DNA of 61,257 nt from Coniocarpon cinnabarinum. Its lineage: Eukaryota. The stretch covers positions 1 through 61,257 of the forward strand of contig JAVECO010000143.1 in assembly GCA_051942205.1 (NCBI GenBank), given 5' to 3'. The translations under genes were made by a program, and so were the position numbers. A model generated the notes under the pieces. The model saw only the letters and a list, made by a program, of their open reading frames with translations, was not told where the DNA came from and made no database searches. Shown one piece after another: positions 24,175 through 37,068 of this stretch (position 1 is its first letter; the number at the start of each line of letters is the position of its first letter).

Positions 24175-25190
24175 ATGTCGAGGTTTCAAGCTTCAAATTC
24201 CCTTGATAAACTCCAAGACAGAGTGATAGTCGCAAGCGGTGCGTTGCGATCAGACCAAGTTTGCATAAACTTGCTAAGTAGACCAAGGTGGCGCGAATGG
24301 CATTGGTGCTGCCTTTGTAAGGCTTTGCCACCAAAGAGGCGCGCACATTTTCTTCGGCGATGCCGACAAGATAGCTGGCGAGACCCTTACCAATGAGCTC
24401 AATGCTGCAAGCAGCCAACCGAGGGTCGCCTTTGTCCTCGTAGACGTCGCCAATTACAGCTCCTTGCTTGAGCTGTTCAGAAAAGCATACGCGACTCACC
24501 GTCGTATCGATGCAGCTGTGTCATGCGCCGGCATTCAAGAAGCTGGCAAATGGTTCGACCCTGAACTGGATATCGACAGCGTGAGCGGTCATCCTTCTAT
24601 TAGGACACTCGATGTCAATCTGTTAGGGACGCTGTACTTTGCGAGAATCGCAGCTGTGTATCTTCGACAGGACTGTAAGCCTGGGGAGGATAGATCTCTG
24701 ACGCTCATCGCTTCTGTGGCTGCTTTTAAAGACGCGCCAGGCATCTTTGCGTATCAGGTTGGCTATAAACATCATCAGACGTTTCATCTTACGCTGACCC
24801 TCACTCCAGGCGTCGAAGCATGGCGTGCTCGGCCTGATGCGGTCGCTCAGAACGTATTTGCCATCCGCATTTGGTGTGCGAGTCAACACCGTCTGTCCAT
24901 GGATGACACGCACCATCATGACCTCAGGCATCGAAACAGATTGGTATAAAGCAAAGCTCCCAGTGAACGAGCCAGAGGATGTTGCTCGAGTTCTTGCAGA
25001 GATTGCGGTCTCGAATGGCTTGAATGGCAAGTCGATGTATGTTGAAGGAGGCCGCGCATGGGAGATTGAGGAGAACCTTGAGCAGCTCGAGCCCCAATGG
25101 CTTGGAAAGGAGCCTTCACGAACCCTGAATATTGGCCAGAAAGTGTTGGGCACCGGTGAAAACTGGTCAGCCGGTAAGTCTAGGTTGTGA
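24175..25190 (+). CDS. Short-chain dehydrogenase/reductase (3 exons)
   Basis: SGGANGIG Rossmann motif across intron 24239-24287, CAG, VNL, and catalytic YQASK across intron 24758-24809. Confidence 0.9.
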
Positions 25191-25206
25191 TCGAATCTCG
25201 TCATCT

Positions 25207-26111
25207 TCAGCGTCTACCGTCTTGCCCATCTTCCTTGTGGTGATGTGGATGATCGGGGGCAATGTCCGAGTTCATAGAGGCATTGAAGTGATTTTTGTCC
25301 ATGTAGTCCACAATATGATCCCAGCTCTTACACTCGTGTGGGATATGCCAGCCATCCACCGCAAAACGAAGACCTGTGTCCGGCTCTACCCGAGGCCACT
25401 CCATCGCCATGTCGCCAGCACATTGGATTGTTTGTCTGAGGTAGTCGAAACAGTGGTGTGCGTGCTCGCCCTCTGGACCAAGGAGGTTTTCGACCAATTC
25501 ATCCATGAATTCAGTATCATTTGCGTGATAATGGTCAATCATTTTCCAGTAAGTCTTACGGATCACACCCAAACAATGCAGTTGGTGGAAGAGTGCGACC
25601 GAATAGATAGGCGACCAAGCTGTTTCCTCTCCAGGTTCTAGGTTGTAATCTTCCCAGTCCTGAATGAAAACAAATCCTCTACCATTGGGGAGGAGATGAT
25701 TCCAAGCAGCGTCTGAGTCTGGATTGGGGCGGTCGGCGTAGAGAGGGTCGCGCTCAAAATTGCGTACTTCCATGGGAACTTTGGTTTGATTAGTAATGCT
25801 GGCTTGATCTCGCCTCAGGAGAAGCACTTACTGGGTGGGACAGGCGTTTTCAAGAGCTGTGGGTATTCCAAGGCCTTGCTTGGCGGCCGTGCTAGTCCCG
25901 CCAGCAGGGCAAAGAAACAGAGGGCAAGAATGGTACTGAGAATCCAGACTGTTTGCTTCAGACTCCGTTGAGATCTTTGCAGGCTGAGAAGCTCATCCAG
26001 AGTCTGTGAGTCTCGGAGCGTTTTCTCACTGTCGTCCTCGCTGACCGGTGAATACATATCAGTGGTGTTATTTCGGTGTCGATCGATTAGATTTCGAAAG
26101 AAGGCCATCAT
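25207..26111 (-). CDS. DUF3328 / UstYa-family oxidase
   Basis: N-terminal TM anchor, 'DAAWNHLLP', two HxxHC motifs (FHQLHCL and HAHHCFDYLRQTIQCAGD) and HECKSWD; intron 25831-25779. Confidence 0.92.
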
Positions 26112-27604
26112 AAGAAAATAAGACGATTAGCAAGCAAGCTCGCTCAGAAAAATACTACGGGTCCTGCAAGAGAGAATCAACATTCAAGCTTGCTTGCGTT
26201 GGAAGGTGAGCAGAATTGTGCATGTGCAAGAAACGAAAGAGAATGGTACGAAAACGAAACAGGGATTGACAGTGGCAGAAGATGCATGTCTCCTGTCACA
26301 CTCCAGGTTCCGTCACATTCGCAGAACATGGATGCTATATGCGCCACCATGGCTCCGAGGTGAAACAATCCATGCTCAGAGCTAGGCCAGAATCGTTGTT
26401 TCTCAACGTCTTTCTCGACCCTTCATATCTGAGAACGGCACCAGCAGCGCCCAACTCTTGGGGACGTAGGGTCTTGCATGGGAAAAGCTCTGACTGCTTC
26501 ATTGAGGAGCGACAGTAATCACGTTGATCGAAAAAGCACCCCAACACTCAAGCGAACAATGTGGGGACAACAAGGATGAAGCCCGTGCGGAGGATCGGAA
26601 GGTCAGATCTCGCCCCGTGTTTCATCCTGATTCAAGCAGGTGCGGTAGGATCACGTGACAGACTTGCAAGGATGATGTGAACATCCTTCGTCACGCGTAT
26701 GATTTTCTACTGTCACTCGAGGATCACGAGGTCAATCCGAGAGCAACTCAGCTTGGCGGCGCTAATCGATTACGCGGAAAATGTGACGTTAGGCACAAAG
26801 TTGCTGAATCCCTCTCAGGCGACTTCGGGAGCTCAATGATGCTCATGTGGTAGATGAAGAAATGCGCGTCATTGAGAGCAATCAAGCAGTAGTCGGAGGG
26901 AATCCCATCCGCAAACGCAGGCGAGCCCCGCAAATGTTGACTGGAGGTGCAAGAAGACGGTCTGGCGAGGCGCGTGATGAAAGAATGCCATTTGGACGAC
27001 ACAGACGGAAGATTGACAGGTCGGTCAGTCGCCATGCATGCTTCCGCTGTGGGCTCTTTCGCTTTGTCATCGCGCAACACACTCGATACGTTGTACGGAC
27101 TGGCCGCAGTTTAGCAACCGACTGCCTCTGGTGTCATTTGCATCGACTGCTTGAGTGCAGACGCAACTCTTTGAGCTCTGGATTCCACTCTGCGGCTCGC
27201 TTTGTGTAAGTTGAACTTCGATGCTGAGCTCGTCGTGTTCACGTAACACCGCGCCTGTAATATCTCGTCACACTCAGCTCTTCCCTTCGCCTCAGTGCCG
27301 ACGCTGTATGCTCCAAACTAGTTGCACCCCTATACGACGCTGTTGGTGCTGGTATCTGTGTTGTCTCTGCTCTTCATCTTCTCGTACCTGCAAATTCAGC
27401 CTCGTTTTGCTTATTCAACACCTGCTTTGGGGATTGCTCATCCTGCATTAATTCTCTCACTCTTTGCGATTTCTTTGTGTCAGTGCTTCAGCCGGCGCAG
27501 ATAGCTGGTGGCCCTGTCAACGGTTGGATCAGGCTAGACTCGTCCTTATATCGTACAGGCTTCGCAAGTGCTGCAGAAATTCATTCAGACTGTCCCACGC
27601 CAAC

Positions 27605-28087
27605 CTATCCGTTCTTGCCAATCCATTCTTTTCGTCTTCCTCTCTCGCCCACAGCATAGGCCCAACCTCCGCCCACGAGGTTGGTTCCTGCAGTTCCGAC
27701 TGCCAATCCTCGGATCACACCCCTCGCCCCCCACTTCTTCATGAAAGGCTGTCGCCTTCGCAAAGCCGTTATTAAATATATCCCACTCCACGCGGCGCTC
27801 ATACCTGCGGCGTCTCGTTTGAAGCCGGCGAGGTTGACGTAAGATGCAAATAACAAGAGCGGTGGGATCAGGTTGGGTAGGATAGGTCGTGGGCGTAAAG
27901 ACCAGTGCAGAGGGAAGACTAGAGTCGCGAGGAGAGTTGGTGGAAGTGGGTTTTCTAAAGAGTTATTTGTTACTTAAGGAACTCGTCAGAGTCAGGAATG
28001 GAAGCGCATACCTCCCCATGCTTGAAGGCGCGAAATTGCAGACTGTTTGGCAGCATCTTTAGACGTTTTCTCAGAGCTCTCAGCCAT
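27605..28087 (-). CDS. Small conserved fungal membrane protein (possibly Aim19-like)
   Basis: Two exons join in phase (intron 28011-27955, W-G-E-N-P). Hydrophobic segments 'LFASYVNLAGFKRDAAGMSAAWSGIY' and 'KWGARGVIRG'. Confidence 0.6.
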
Positions 28088-28382
28088 GTTGTGTGGAGAA
28101 AGGTGTTGCGTGTGGCGATCAATGGGTGGCTGCTTGAGTTTGCGGCGGATATGTACGCCTGAGAAACTAGGCAGTCGAATCTGCTCAATGACGGTGTGAC
28201 CGCGAAAGTAAAATGTTCTACAATTAAACAAGCAAAAGTAAAGATTTCCCATGCCTCATAGATCTCATCTAAAGACTTGCTCATAGCTGTGCTTCTAGTA
28301 AGTGCTTCGAAGGTGTGTACCCCCGACCGCAATCGAACAAACGCTGACAGCGCCTGCCTATGCGATGCAATTCGACCCGATC

Positions 28383-31300
28383 TCAAGTTGTGCTCGTATC
28401 CATGCGGTTCAGTCGCTCAGCTCGTTTCTCCTTCCGCCACTCGTCAATCTTCTGCTTCAACTCTGTGTCCTCTCGGACGTCTTCGATCTTCAATGGTGCT
28501 CGGTTAAAAGGGTCGTGTGGATCACTCAGCAAGTGTTGGCGAATCGTCGAGCGATCCACTGTCGTCGATGAGGCTGGTAAGATCACAGGATCTGTCATCA
28601 ACTCGGCCATCAGAGGATCCATAAATTCGTCTGGTGCATCCTCCATTTGTTCATCTTCGGCCTCGATTTCTCGTCGGGCTACGTCTGCCTTTTCTTTAAG
28701 ATTGTTCCAGCGCCGTAGCTCCTCCGCTGACTTTAGCCCAAAGCGGCCAAGAATCTGAGCTGCCGCATCGAAATTTGCCGGTTTGTATGATCGTCCGTCC
28801 TTGGCAATCGCTTGATGGAAGTTGGGTTTGGAGGCAAGGTTGAGGTAGACATCCATGATGTCTGCGAGGAGCGTTTTGGGATTGAAGCCATATTCTTGAG
28901 GATTATTGACTTTGAGCTCGCGCTGCTTGGGACCTACAAGTGACTCGAGATTGTAATCAAGCATGCTTGCAAGTCGATGCACAACCTCTGGGGACGTGAA
29001 GGCATCGGAAAGGGCTTCAGTGAAGAGCTTAAGGGTGGCGACAGACTCATTGGTAAGTTGCATGTAGCTCCTCGCTTTGTTCTGTGCTTCGTCCAAAGCC
29101 TCCTGCTTTTCTTGCTTTTGTGTTTCGTCAAGTTGGCCTTGCAGCTGTTCCAGCTCGCGGGAGAGAGTCGAAATCTTATTGAAGGATGTGAACGATTCAT
29201 CGAGAACGTAGGTTACATCATTGAGTAACATGTTGACAAATTGAATGAAGAAGTCCGAGTTTGTTCTGAGTATCATTAGTATCGTCAATATGTGGTTCAC
29301 ATTGAGGAACGTACTTCGCCTGTTGATCCAACTGCTCTCGATAGACCACATTCGACCAAATGGTTTTGATCACCTGAAAAATCTCATATCGAATGTTGAA
29401 CTTGTCGTAGAATTGCGTGTGTGCTCCAGTGCTCTCACATTCAATGTAAAATTGCATCAGTGCATGCAAAAGGTGTTTCAGAGCAAATGGAAGAGCATTC
29501 AGAACGTCGCCGAGGACGCCCTTGGAATGCTGCCGTGTCTGTAAAGTACCATAGAAGAGAATGCTAACGAGTCCGGACTTTAAGTAGGGGTTTCGAACGT
29601 AGTCAGAGCTTCTCAAGAACGTGATACAAATCATGATGAGTTCATCGCATTGTGTGGGACTGATGACATGGGGCATGTGGCCGGTGACGAATTTGAAGTG
29701 ATCGACCACATCTTCCAGGAAGTACTCTGGAAGACATTTCACAAGATCTGGTTGATCCGAAGGAAGCGGTAGACTAGGTGTCTGCTTGGGGAATTCTACG
29801 CCAGAAGCCAAGCGCATTAACCAGACAATGACATACCGCATGAATGACATGGACCGAGCCTGAGATAGTTCGTCTAACAAGATACCCTCGAGCGAAAGAA
29901 ACTCACAATGGCCCTTTTCCGCTCGATCCTTGAATCGCTTCAACTGCTCATCGAAACGGGCCAGCACAAAAGGGTTATCTAAGTACTTTTTGCGCTCTTC
30001 TTCAAACTTCTGCATTTCTTGCTCCATGAGCTTGATGTCTTTGCGCATGCGACTGAGGCCAGTGTTGGCAGCTTCAGTGCCGTAATGGTGCGCAGCGACG
30101 GTGAGAAAAAAGATCTCCGAGATGAATGACGACGTACCTTCGGCTTTTTGAGCGTAGAAAGCGTCTGATGTTGCCTGGTCGGCGTTCAGCTTGGTCTCGT
30201 CTGAGATGTCAACACGTGGCGATCGGCGGAAGTACTCAGGTTCTATCCGATGGATTTTGGAAAAGGATGCATCCATGAACGGTTCTGACAGCATGTCCAG
30301 GACGATTGTGAGGTTGACCATGAGACCGTGACTGGACAGATACCGAGGATCTGGTCGCATGGCTCGTCGTTTGTGATTTTGATTTACACAAAGTGCAAAC
30401 CAATCGAGTGTTTTTTCCCGTGATTCTTTCGATGATTTGATGAAACGGTCAATGATATCAAAGAGCTCGGTCTGATGTTGTTGCAATGTCATGCGAAGTG
30501 CATTCTGGGAATTTACAATGCTGGCACGATCCCGCGTTTTCGGACTTGAGAAGTAGTTGACTGCAACTTCTCCTTGCAACGGCGATATGCGAAAGAAAGG
30601 ACCTAATAAAGTTCTTGTTTCAATCTCTTGGGCGGGTACGTTTGGCGGTAAGAATTTGTCTGATTCCGACAAGGCCTTCACTAGCTGTGGAAAGCGAGCA
30701 TAACCGCGCATTGCAAGCACATACGGTTTGTAATTATCGTTCATACTCTTTGTTGCCAACTCTTGACTGAGCTGTTCCATCGCTTCAACAAGAATGACTT
30801 TTACGCTGTCATCATCATCAAATCGTGAAACCGCCTCTTGCAGGAACTCGTGGCACACGCCTTTCTCGGAGTCTGGTTCCTGAAGTAGATGTGGAGTCAG
30901 GAGATTGGATTGGGGGGTATCTTGACCAAACATTTCAGGCATGGTGACAGCAAAGATGCAATTACTCATGCACATCCGACGCGCCTCTTTGACTATAGCG
31001 AGTTTTGGATCGGTTGAATCGTTGCTCCGATGAGTGCGCCATAGTCGGGACACGCGTTTCCAACATCCTAATAAGTATTCGATCGGCGTAGCCTTGCCAG
31101 ACTCTGATGCTGCTTCGATGATTGCGTCGCCCAGTATGTCAGTCGTCAAGCGGACGGATCTTTGCGATTCTTCCAAGTCGGTCCTTAAGCCATTTAGAAC
31201 AATGAGTGGATATCCATGTGCGTCTGTGGTTCGATTTGGATTGAGAGTGATTCGAAAGACAGCTGCGAGTGTACTATCTTCGAAGGCTTCTAGTGATTTG

Positions 31301-31617
31301 CCAACATCTTGTGGGTTGTTTGTGGACGGGGAGCGTGTGGACGATGTAGAGCGAGGAGCGGGTGCAGACGTAGTTGTCGGATTGGCTTGAGGGGCGGTAT
31401 TTGAGGGTGAAGGCAGGACAGTATTGCCGTTGGCGCTTGTGATGTTGATCTTTGGTTTTGGAGTTTCAACAAACGGCTTTTCTTGCGAAGGGTTCTGATC
31501 GGTGTTGCTTGAATTGAAGGACTGTTGGTTAGACGCCTGTGAGTTCGATGCTAGCTTCTGCAGACGGCGTGCGCGGATTTTGTCCTGATCTGACATTTCA
31601 GTATCATTGTCGGCCAT
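28383..31617 (-). CDS. UFD2: Ubiquitin conjugation factor E4 (U-box)
   Basis: DKIRARRL N-terminus, LGPFF, TGAHTQFYDKFNIRY and C-terminal U-box 'PDEFMDPLM..LMTDPVILP..DPFNR'; intron 29314-29266. Confidence 0.96.
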
Positions 31618-32275
31618 CTTTGAAAGAGTGAAGTCGTAGAGCGGGAGGTACTGGCCAAATTGTTGAAGCTTGAACAGTGTCAATTGAAAGGCAACCAGCA
31701 AAGCCAAAGCACCTCAAGCTACGGAATGCCTGAGCTGCGAAGAATGACGCTTATCGATATGATCGTCCGGAGATTATAGTGCTAACCTCCGGTCACGGCA
31801 CCAGACGAAGCGAAAACCTCTTCATGAGAACGCTCTCATACTCTGCCCAAGTGCCATAGCGATCGAAATCGAGTGTTGAAAAATCATGCAAACGAGAGCA
31901 GCGTCATTGTTGTGTGCTGCGCGCCTTACTGAAAGAGGAAAACCTACCTTGAGAAGCACTTGCACGGAAGTGGCGGGAAGTCGATGGAAACCTTTGCTTA
32001 CATGACCCCTTGCAACGTCGAAGCCAACGCTCCAGGTCGGCTGTCTTTCAACCCAAATGTTTGCAATAGGACTAACTGAACTTTCCCAATAGATCCGAGG
32101 ACACCTCGCCCGCTCAATGGTGACTTAACGTATGCCCAATCACTGCCGCTACCGTCTCTTCTCCGCGATTGAACCAACAGCTCTGTCTCATAACGTTTGC
32201 AGGGTTTGCGACCCATCAGAGATTGCTACTAATAGTGTTTCTCATATTGAGTAATGTATATCGAGTGACGAGTAC

Positions 32276-33325
32276 TCATCGTCTTCGGGTACTTAACCAG
32301 CCAGTGCTTAAAGATCCATACTCACCCATTGGTCCTCGCCAATTCATAGACAGCTGCCCAAGAATCGTCCTTCCATCCCTCGTCAGTGACGGCTCACGCT
32401 GAGGTTGATCACGCGCTTCTGTGACCAAGAAGCAAATCTGCTGGATCTCGCCTGGTCGCAAACGCGGCTTTTCATCTCGTCTCGATTTCTTGCTTACTAC
32501 GTCCCAGACATTCATGCTACGAGCGATAAAGTATGACTTAGGCTGTAGGGACACGTCTTGAAGGACAACCTCAACATTCCCAACATTTTCTATTTGGGCT
32601 TCGAGAACATACTCTGCGGCAGCGGTCTCGTTGTCTTGTTTGGTTCGCACTGGCATAGCCTGTGCCTTTGTGCGCACACTTAGTAATTGTTGCGCTATGA
32701 ATTGATACAGCTTACGAAAAGTGCGTGTTTGGCCATCATTTGATCCCGCGTGATCGAGAGACCCGTGATTGTCTTTGTAAGTGACAGTGGCCTGGACGAT
32801 ATGTGTGCCTTCTTCTCGCAAATCAAATCGTGCAATCCGCGAAAGTGATTCTTCATATCCCAGGCATTCGCCATCCGTCTCTGTCTGCTCAACCTCGTCA
32901 AGAGCCAAGGGAAGTCCTTGAGGTTGTGAGGGTGTTTGTATTTTAGCCGTGAACTGAACCCCATCGACAGTCCGGTGTTGACTGCCCTCGGACAGTTCAC
33001 TATTGATGCAAAACGTGCAAGCAAATGACTCCCCTACATGAAGTACCCCAAAGCTTGATGGCAGGGTCAACAGAGGACTCAAGGCAAAGCTATCGTCGGG
33101 ATCCTCTGCTGCATAGCTCAAAGCTGAACGCGGATCGATGGTTGGGAGACTTGGTGTGGTTTTGCGCGGAAGCGGATTTTGATGTGAGAGCTCGGGCTTT
33201 GATAATCTGCTCTCACTTGAGATATGATTTTATTCGCTTGCATGTTATGCCGCATACCGCAAGACCTTCAGACTGAGTGGGTGTGAGCTTGGCTTTACCT
33301 CTGACGAATTACGAGCATGAGACAT
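32276..33325 (-). CDS. TRAPP complex subunit 13 (DUF974)-like protein
   Basis: Exon 1 MSHARNSSEVKPSSHPLSLKVLR is joined by intron 33257-33207 to LSKPEL; further motifs LTLPSSFG..VGESF, FRKLYQF and LG.L.M.WRGPMGEYGSL.T. Confidence 0.85.
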
Positions 33326-33527
33326 GGTCGAGTCCACCGCGATCAAATGAGTGAGCTGAGGCACCTCGGGGCTGCTGGGGTTTAGCAATTAGCCTTTCTT
33401 TTTCCACATGCATTCTCAGGTGCAGCTTTGCGCTTCCGTACGGGTGTCGCGACACGGCAGGGTGGTGTTCGGTTGCTGTGGAAACCTCGAATATCACTAA
33501 GTCTTGCGTCCGCGAACCGAAGCAAGA

Positions 33528-34961
33528 ATGCGCAGGCTTGTCATGTCTCAGGTCCGTGGCGACGCGAATGCTGGAGATGGGGCAAAATTGTGGGGTGGCC
33601 GCTTCACTGGCGCATCAGACCCTCTCATGGTTGCATACAATGCAAGCATAAACTATGACCGACAATTCTACCGTCAAGATATCGCCGGCTCCATCGCCTA
33701 CGCCCGCGCCAACATTGCCACTGGCATTCTCACGCCCTCCGAGTTTTCCAAAATCGAAGCCGGTCTGCGGCGTGTTGAAGTAGAATGGGAGGAAGATCGA
33801 TTCGTGGTCAAAGAGGAGATAGATGAAGATATACACACAGCTAATGAGCGGAGATTGGGCGAGTTGATTGGAAAGGACGTTGCAGGAAAGCTACATACGG
33901 GCCGAAGTCGAAACGATCAAGTGGCTACAGATATGCGCATGTGGTTACGAGACGAGCTTCGTAAAATACAGGCATGGCTTCGGGACTTTGTGCTGGTGTT
34001 TGCCCAAAGGGCGGAGCAGGAGATGGAATACGTGATGCCAGGATATACACACCTACAGCCTGCACAGCCAGTGCGGTGGAGTCAATGGTTGATGAGCTAT
34101 GGACTAGATTTGGCTGAAGATTTGCAAGAGCTTGAGCAGGTCATCAAACGAGTGAACAAATGTCCATTAGGATGTGGGAGTATCTCTGGAAATGCATTCG
34201 GCATCGATCGAGAGGCAATGGCAAAGGAGTTAGGCTTTGAAGGTCTCATTGAGAACTCGATGAGTGCGGTGGGCGATCGCTTTTTTGTCTTTCGGACGCT
34301 ACAGTGGGGCAGTATGCTTATGATACGGATTTCGCGGTGGGCCGAAGATCTCATCACATACAGCTCACCTGGTTTCGGGTTTGTGCAGCTGGCGGATGCA
34401 TACAGCACTGGTTCGTCACTGATGCCACAAAAGAAAAACCCGGACAGTTTGGAACTGCTAAGAGGAAAGAGCGCAAGAGCTTCGTCTCATGTGGATCTAC
34501 TCAAGACTGTGATTAAAGGTATTCCCAGCACCTACAACAAAGATTTGCAGGAAAGCGTGGAGGCAATGCTCGATCATGTCAAGACTGTCGGTGACAGCGT
34601 CCGGATTGCCACAGGGGTTTTGAGCACGCTGAAAATACGACCAGAGAAAATGCAAGCGGCACTCAGTCCAGATATGCTTGCGACAGATCTTGCAGATTAC
34701 TTGGTTCGTCGTGGCGTCCCCTTTCGAGAGGCGCATAGTATTAGCGGCAAGGTGGTGCTGCTGGCGGAAAATGAGGGTCTACCAATGGACAGGTTGACCT
34801 TCGAACAGATGAGCATGGTCGACTCTCGCTTCGAGAAAGACGTGCTGACTTGTTTCAATTATGAAAACAGTGTGGAAATGAAGAGCTCGCGGGCAGGGAC
34901 AAGCCGGGACGCCATTCTGAGGCAGGTCAACATCTTGAAGGAGATGATCATGACACGATGA
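33528..34961 (+). CDS. ARG4: Argininosuccinate lyase
   Basis: KLWGGRF, EDIHTANE, HTGRSRNDQ, MPGYTHLQ, GSSLMPQKKNPD and YNKDLQE; ATG at 33528 or 33543; intronless. Confidence 0.97.
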   Translation: MRRLVMSQVRGDANAGDGAKLWGGRFTGASDPLMVAYNASINYDRQFYRQDIAGSIAYARANIATGILTPSEFSKIEAGLRRVEVEWEEDRFVVKEEIDEDIHTANERRLGELIGKDVAGKLHTGRSRNDQVATDMRMWLRDELRKIQAWLRDFVLVFAQRAEQEMEYVMPGYTHLQPAQPVRWSQWLMSYGLDLAEDLQELEQVIKRVNKCPLGCGSISGNAFGIDREAMAKELGFEGLIENSMSAVGDRFFVFRTLQWGSMLMIRISRWAEDLITYSSPGFGFVQLADAYSTGSSLMPQKKNPDSLELLRGKSARASSHVDLLKTVIKGIPSTYNKDLQESVEAMLDHVKTVGDSVRIATGVLSTLKIRPEKMQAALSPDMLATDLADYLVRRGVPFREAHSISGKVVLLAENEGLPMDRLTFEQMSMVDSRFEKDVLTCFNYENSVEMKSSRAGTSRDAILRQVNILKEMIMTR

Positions 34962-35370
34962 TTGAGACAGAACTTCAGAAAAGTGCATGTGCTTAAAAGC
35001 GAGGCGTTAGATGCCCCAATCCCATCGTCAATTGCAATCCTGGACAGACTAACATATTCAAGATGGCGAGGGTCACATATTAAGTGCATTGCCCAATCCT
35101 AGTCCACGCGACGAGCCTGCACGATAAGGAAAATTCGAGTCACAGAGCTATGAGTACAGCGGTGAAAGCCCTTTGTAACCCATGAGACGCTAAATTACAG
35201 TGCAGCAAATACTTTCCTACGAAGCCCTCGGGATATCAGGCTGATCATGTCTGGACTACGTATCATCAACGCTTTCCACATCTCATCCGCTGGCGTCGTC
35301 CTGGCAGCCGAAATTCGATCCTCGTCTGTAAGCAGTGAAGCACTTGATTACGGCTTGATGAGCACATCCT

Positions 35371-37068
35371 CTAGCCACATTGGACTCCACTCGTACTTTT
35401 TGGATTCGTCATCTGGCCCCTTTGGCTGCAATCCGACTGCAAACAGAGATCGAGACGCTTGTTCGTACTCACACAATCCTCTGGAATCTTCCTCTCAGTC
35501 TCGACATTATTCTCACGGGAGTGGCTGCTAGTAGCGGCAGAAGCTGCTTTGGAAATCGTCAAATTGTACCGAAAAGCCTTGAGATCGATTGCTGCGACGT
35601 ATTTCTGCCAATTGGGGTCATGGAGCTGTTCGTAAGGTCGTTGGTAGGGATCAGTCCCTTCGTATAGCTCCAGAGGCCAAGAAATCGCCGCCTTGCATAC
35701 ATCCCTCACTGTCTCGAGTATATTGCACAAAATATTGGAACATACATGTGCTGTGTCGCAATCGCTTTGATCTGCTGCATATCCCAATCGTTTGTCGCTG
35801 TTTCGGTCGAGGTTCTGGAGTTTCGCTTGAGACCGTTGAATGTGCTGGTTTCGACCATGTTGGTAGGTGACATTCATGGTCAACGATTGCTTTGCTTGGT
35901 TTAGCAGAAAGCAAGAGTTGTTGTATCGCCGAGGTAAGCGCGACGGTATGGCATATCCCTCAGTCCCGTCGTCGAGGGACACGTCTTTGTCAGGCAGGCA
36001 TGACAATTGACACAGCGGCCTCGCCTCAGGACCGTTAAGCAACTCTCGTTTATCTTCGTGGCAAGACCATGACAGCCCCCACATGAACCTACTGTCAAGC
36101 TCCAAAGTGGCATTTGTCAGGTTCGGAAGTCTATCCAACGAATCAACCGCCAGTTCGAGGAACGGGAATGCTCTTACGCTGGCATTACGTTCACCGAAAA
36201 TGTCCACCGTCTGGAAGGAGGGTGGAAGATTCATCAACAGATGCAGCTTTGTAACATAACGTGAGGCTGTTCGAGGCATGAAAAATTCCGGTCTCCTCAA
36301 CGCCCGAGGCTGTATGGCCAGTGTGCTGTCTCGATACATTTGCTCGAGTCCCGCCTTTCGCACCAGGCGACAGGTGCCGAGGAGCGCTGCTGTCTCGCGC
36401 GAAACAATTACGGTTCGAAGCGTCCGGTAAAGAGACGATTCTGACTCGGACTCGAGTTCCAGAATCCCGCTCACTGTCGAGGCGACCGGCGATATACTTT
36501 TGGGAAAGCCCTTGAAGTGCTGAACATACTCGGCTCGTGCGTTGGTCGAGAAAACGTGGCTCATGATCAGCTGGAGTATTTCGAATGGCAGCTGCAGAAG
36601 CGGAGATGAATGCTGAGCATATTTTGTTGATGTGGTCGCCTTGACCGTGCGGGTATAAGATCGAGCAAGCCAGCGCGACTTAGGCTCATCGAGTCTCTGA
36701 GCTCCGACTGCAAGTTGACGAAGTCGCTTTCGATACTTGCAGCTTTTGATTCCCATGTCAACGAGTGGTACGGATGTCTTTGGTACAGGTAATAGATGGG
36801 GGTTTGCAGCAAAAAAAATGCAGAAGGTTAGAAGAGCACGCATGATACTTACAATCAACGACGACGCAGACGCACTACGCAGAGAAACCGCACCTCTTGT
36901 GTTGGAACAGTGGAAGCTGTAAAAGGTGCATTCGCTATGCCAAATAGGGGAGAAGGCACACTGTGCAAGCGACGAGAGCATTACCTCCTGAACAATGACA
37001 GCATAATGTTGTTTCTCGAGGTGGAAATCCCTGCACGTGGTACTCGGGAGCAACCTGAGTACCGTCAT
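35371..37068 (-). CDS. Hypothetical protein with F-box-like motif (start uncertain, probably downstream)
   Basis: 565-codon ORF with 'SPLLQLPFEILQLIMSHVF' and 'ALLGTCRLVRKAGLEQMY', typical of fungal F-box-like orphans. Confidence 0.55.
   Translation of the reverse strand: MTVLRLLPSTTCRDFHLEKQHYAVIVQEVMLSSLAQCAFSPIWHSECTFYSFHCSNTRGAVSLRSASASSLIVSIMRALLTFCIFFAANPHLLPVPKTSVPLVDMGIKSCKYRKRLRQLAVGAQRLDEPKSRWLARSYTRTVKATTSTKYAQHSSPLLQLPFEILQLIMSHVFSTNARAEYVQHFKGFPKSISPVASTVSGILELESESESSLYRTLRTVIVSRETAALLGTCRLVRKAGLEQMYRDSTLAIQPRALRRPEFFMPRTASRYVTKLHLLMNLPPSFQTVDIFGERNASVRAFPFLELAVDSLDRLPNLTNATLELDSRFMWGLSWSCHEDKRELLNGPEARPLCQLSCLPDKDVSLDDGTEGYAIPSRLPRRYNNSCFLLNQAKQSLTMNVTYQHGRNQHIQRSQAKLQNLDRNSDKRLGYAADQSDCDTAHVCSNILCNILETVRDVCKAAISWPLELYEGTDPYQRPYEQLHDPNWQKYVAAIDLKAFRYNLTISKAASAATSSHSRENNVETERKIPEDCVSTNKRLDLCLQSDCSQRGQMTNPKSTSGVQCG

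Noticed and set aside
27322..27504. Hydrophobic small ORF near DUF3328 as a possible RiPP precursor
   Set aside because: TTG start, with no repeated core peptides or KR cleavage sites.
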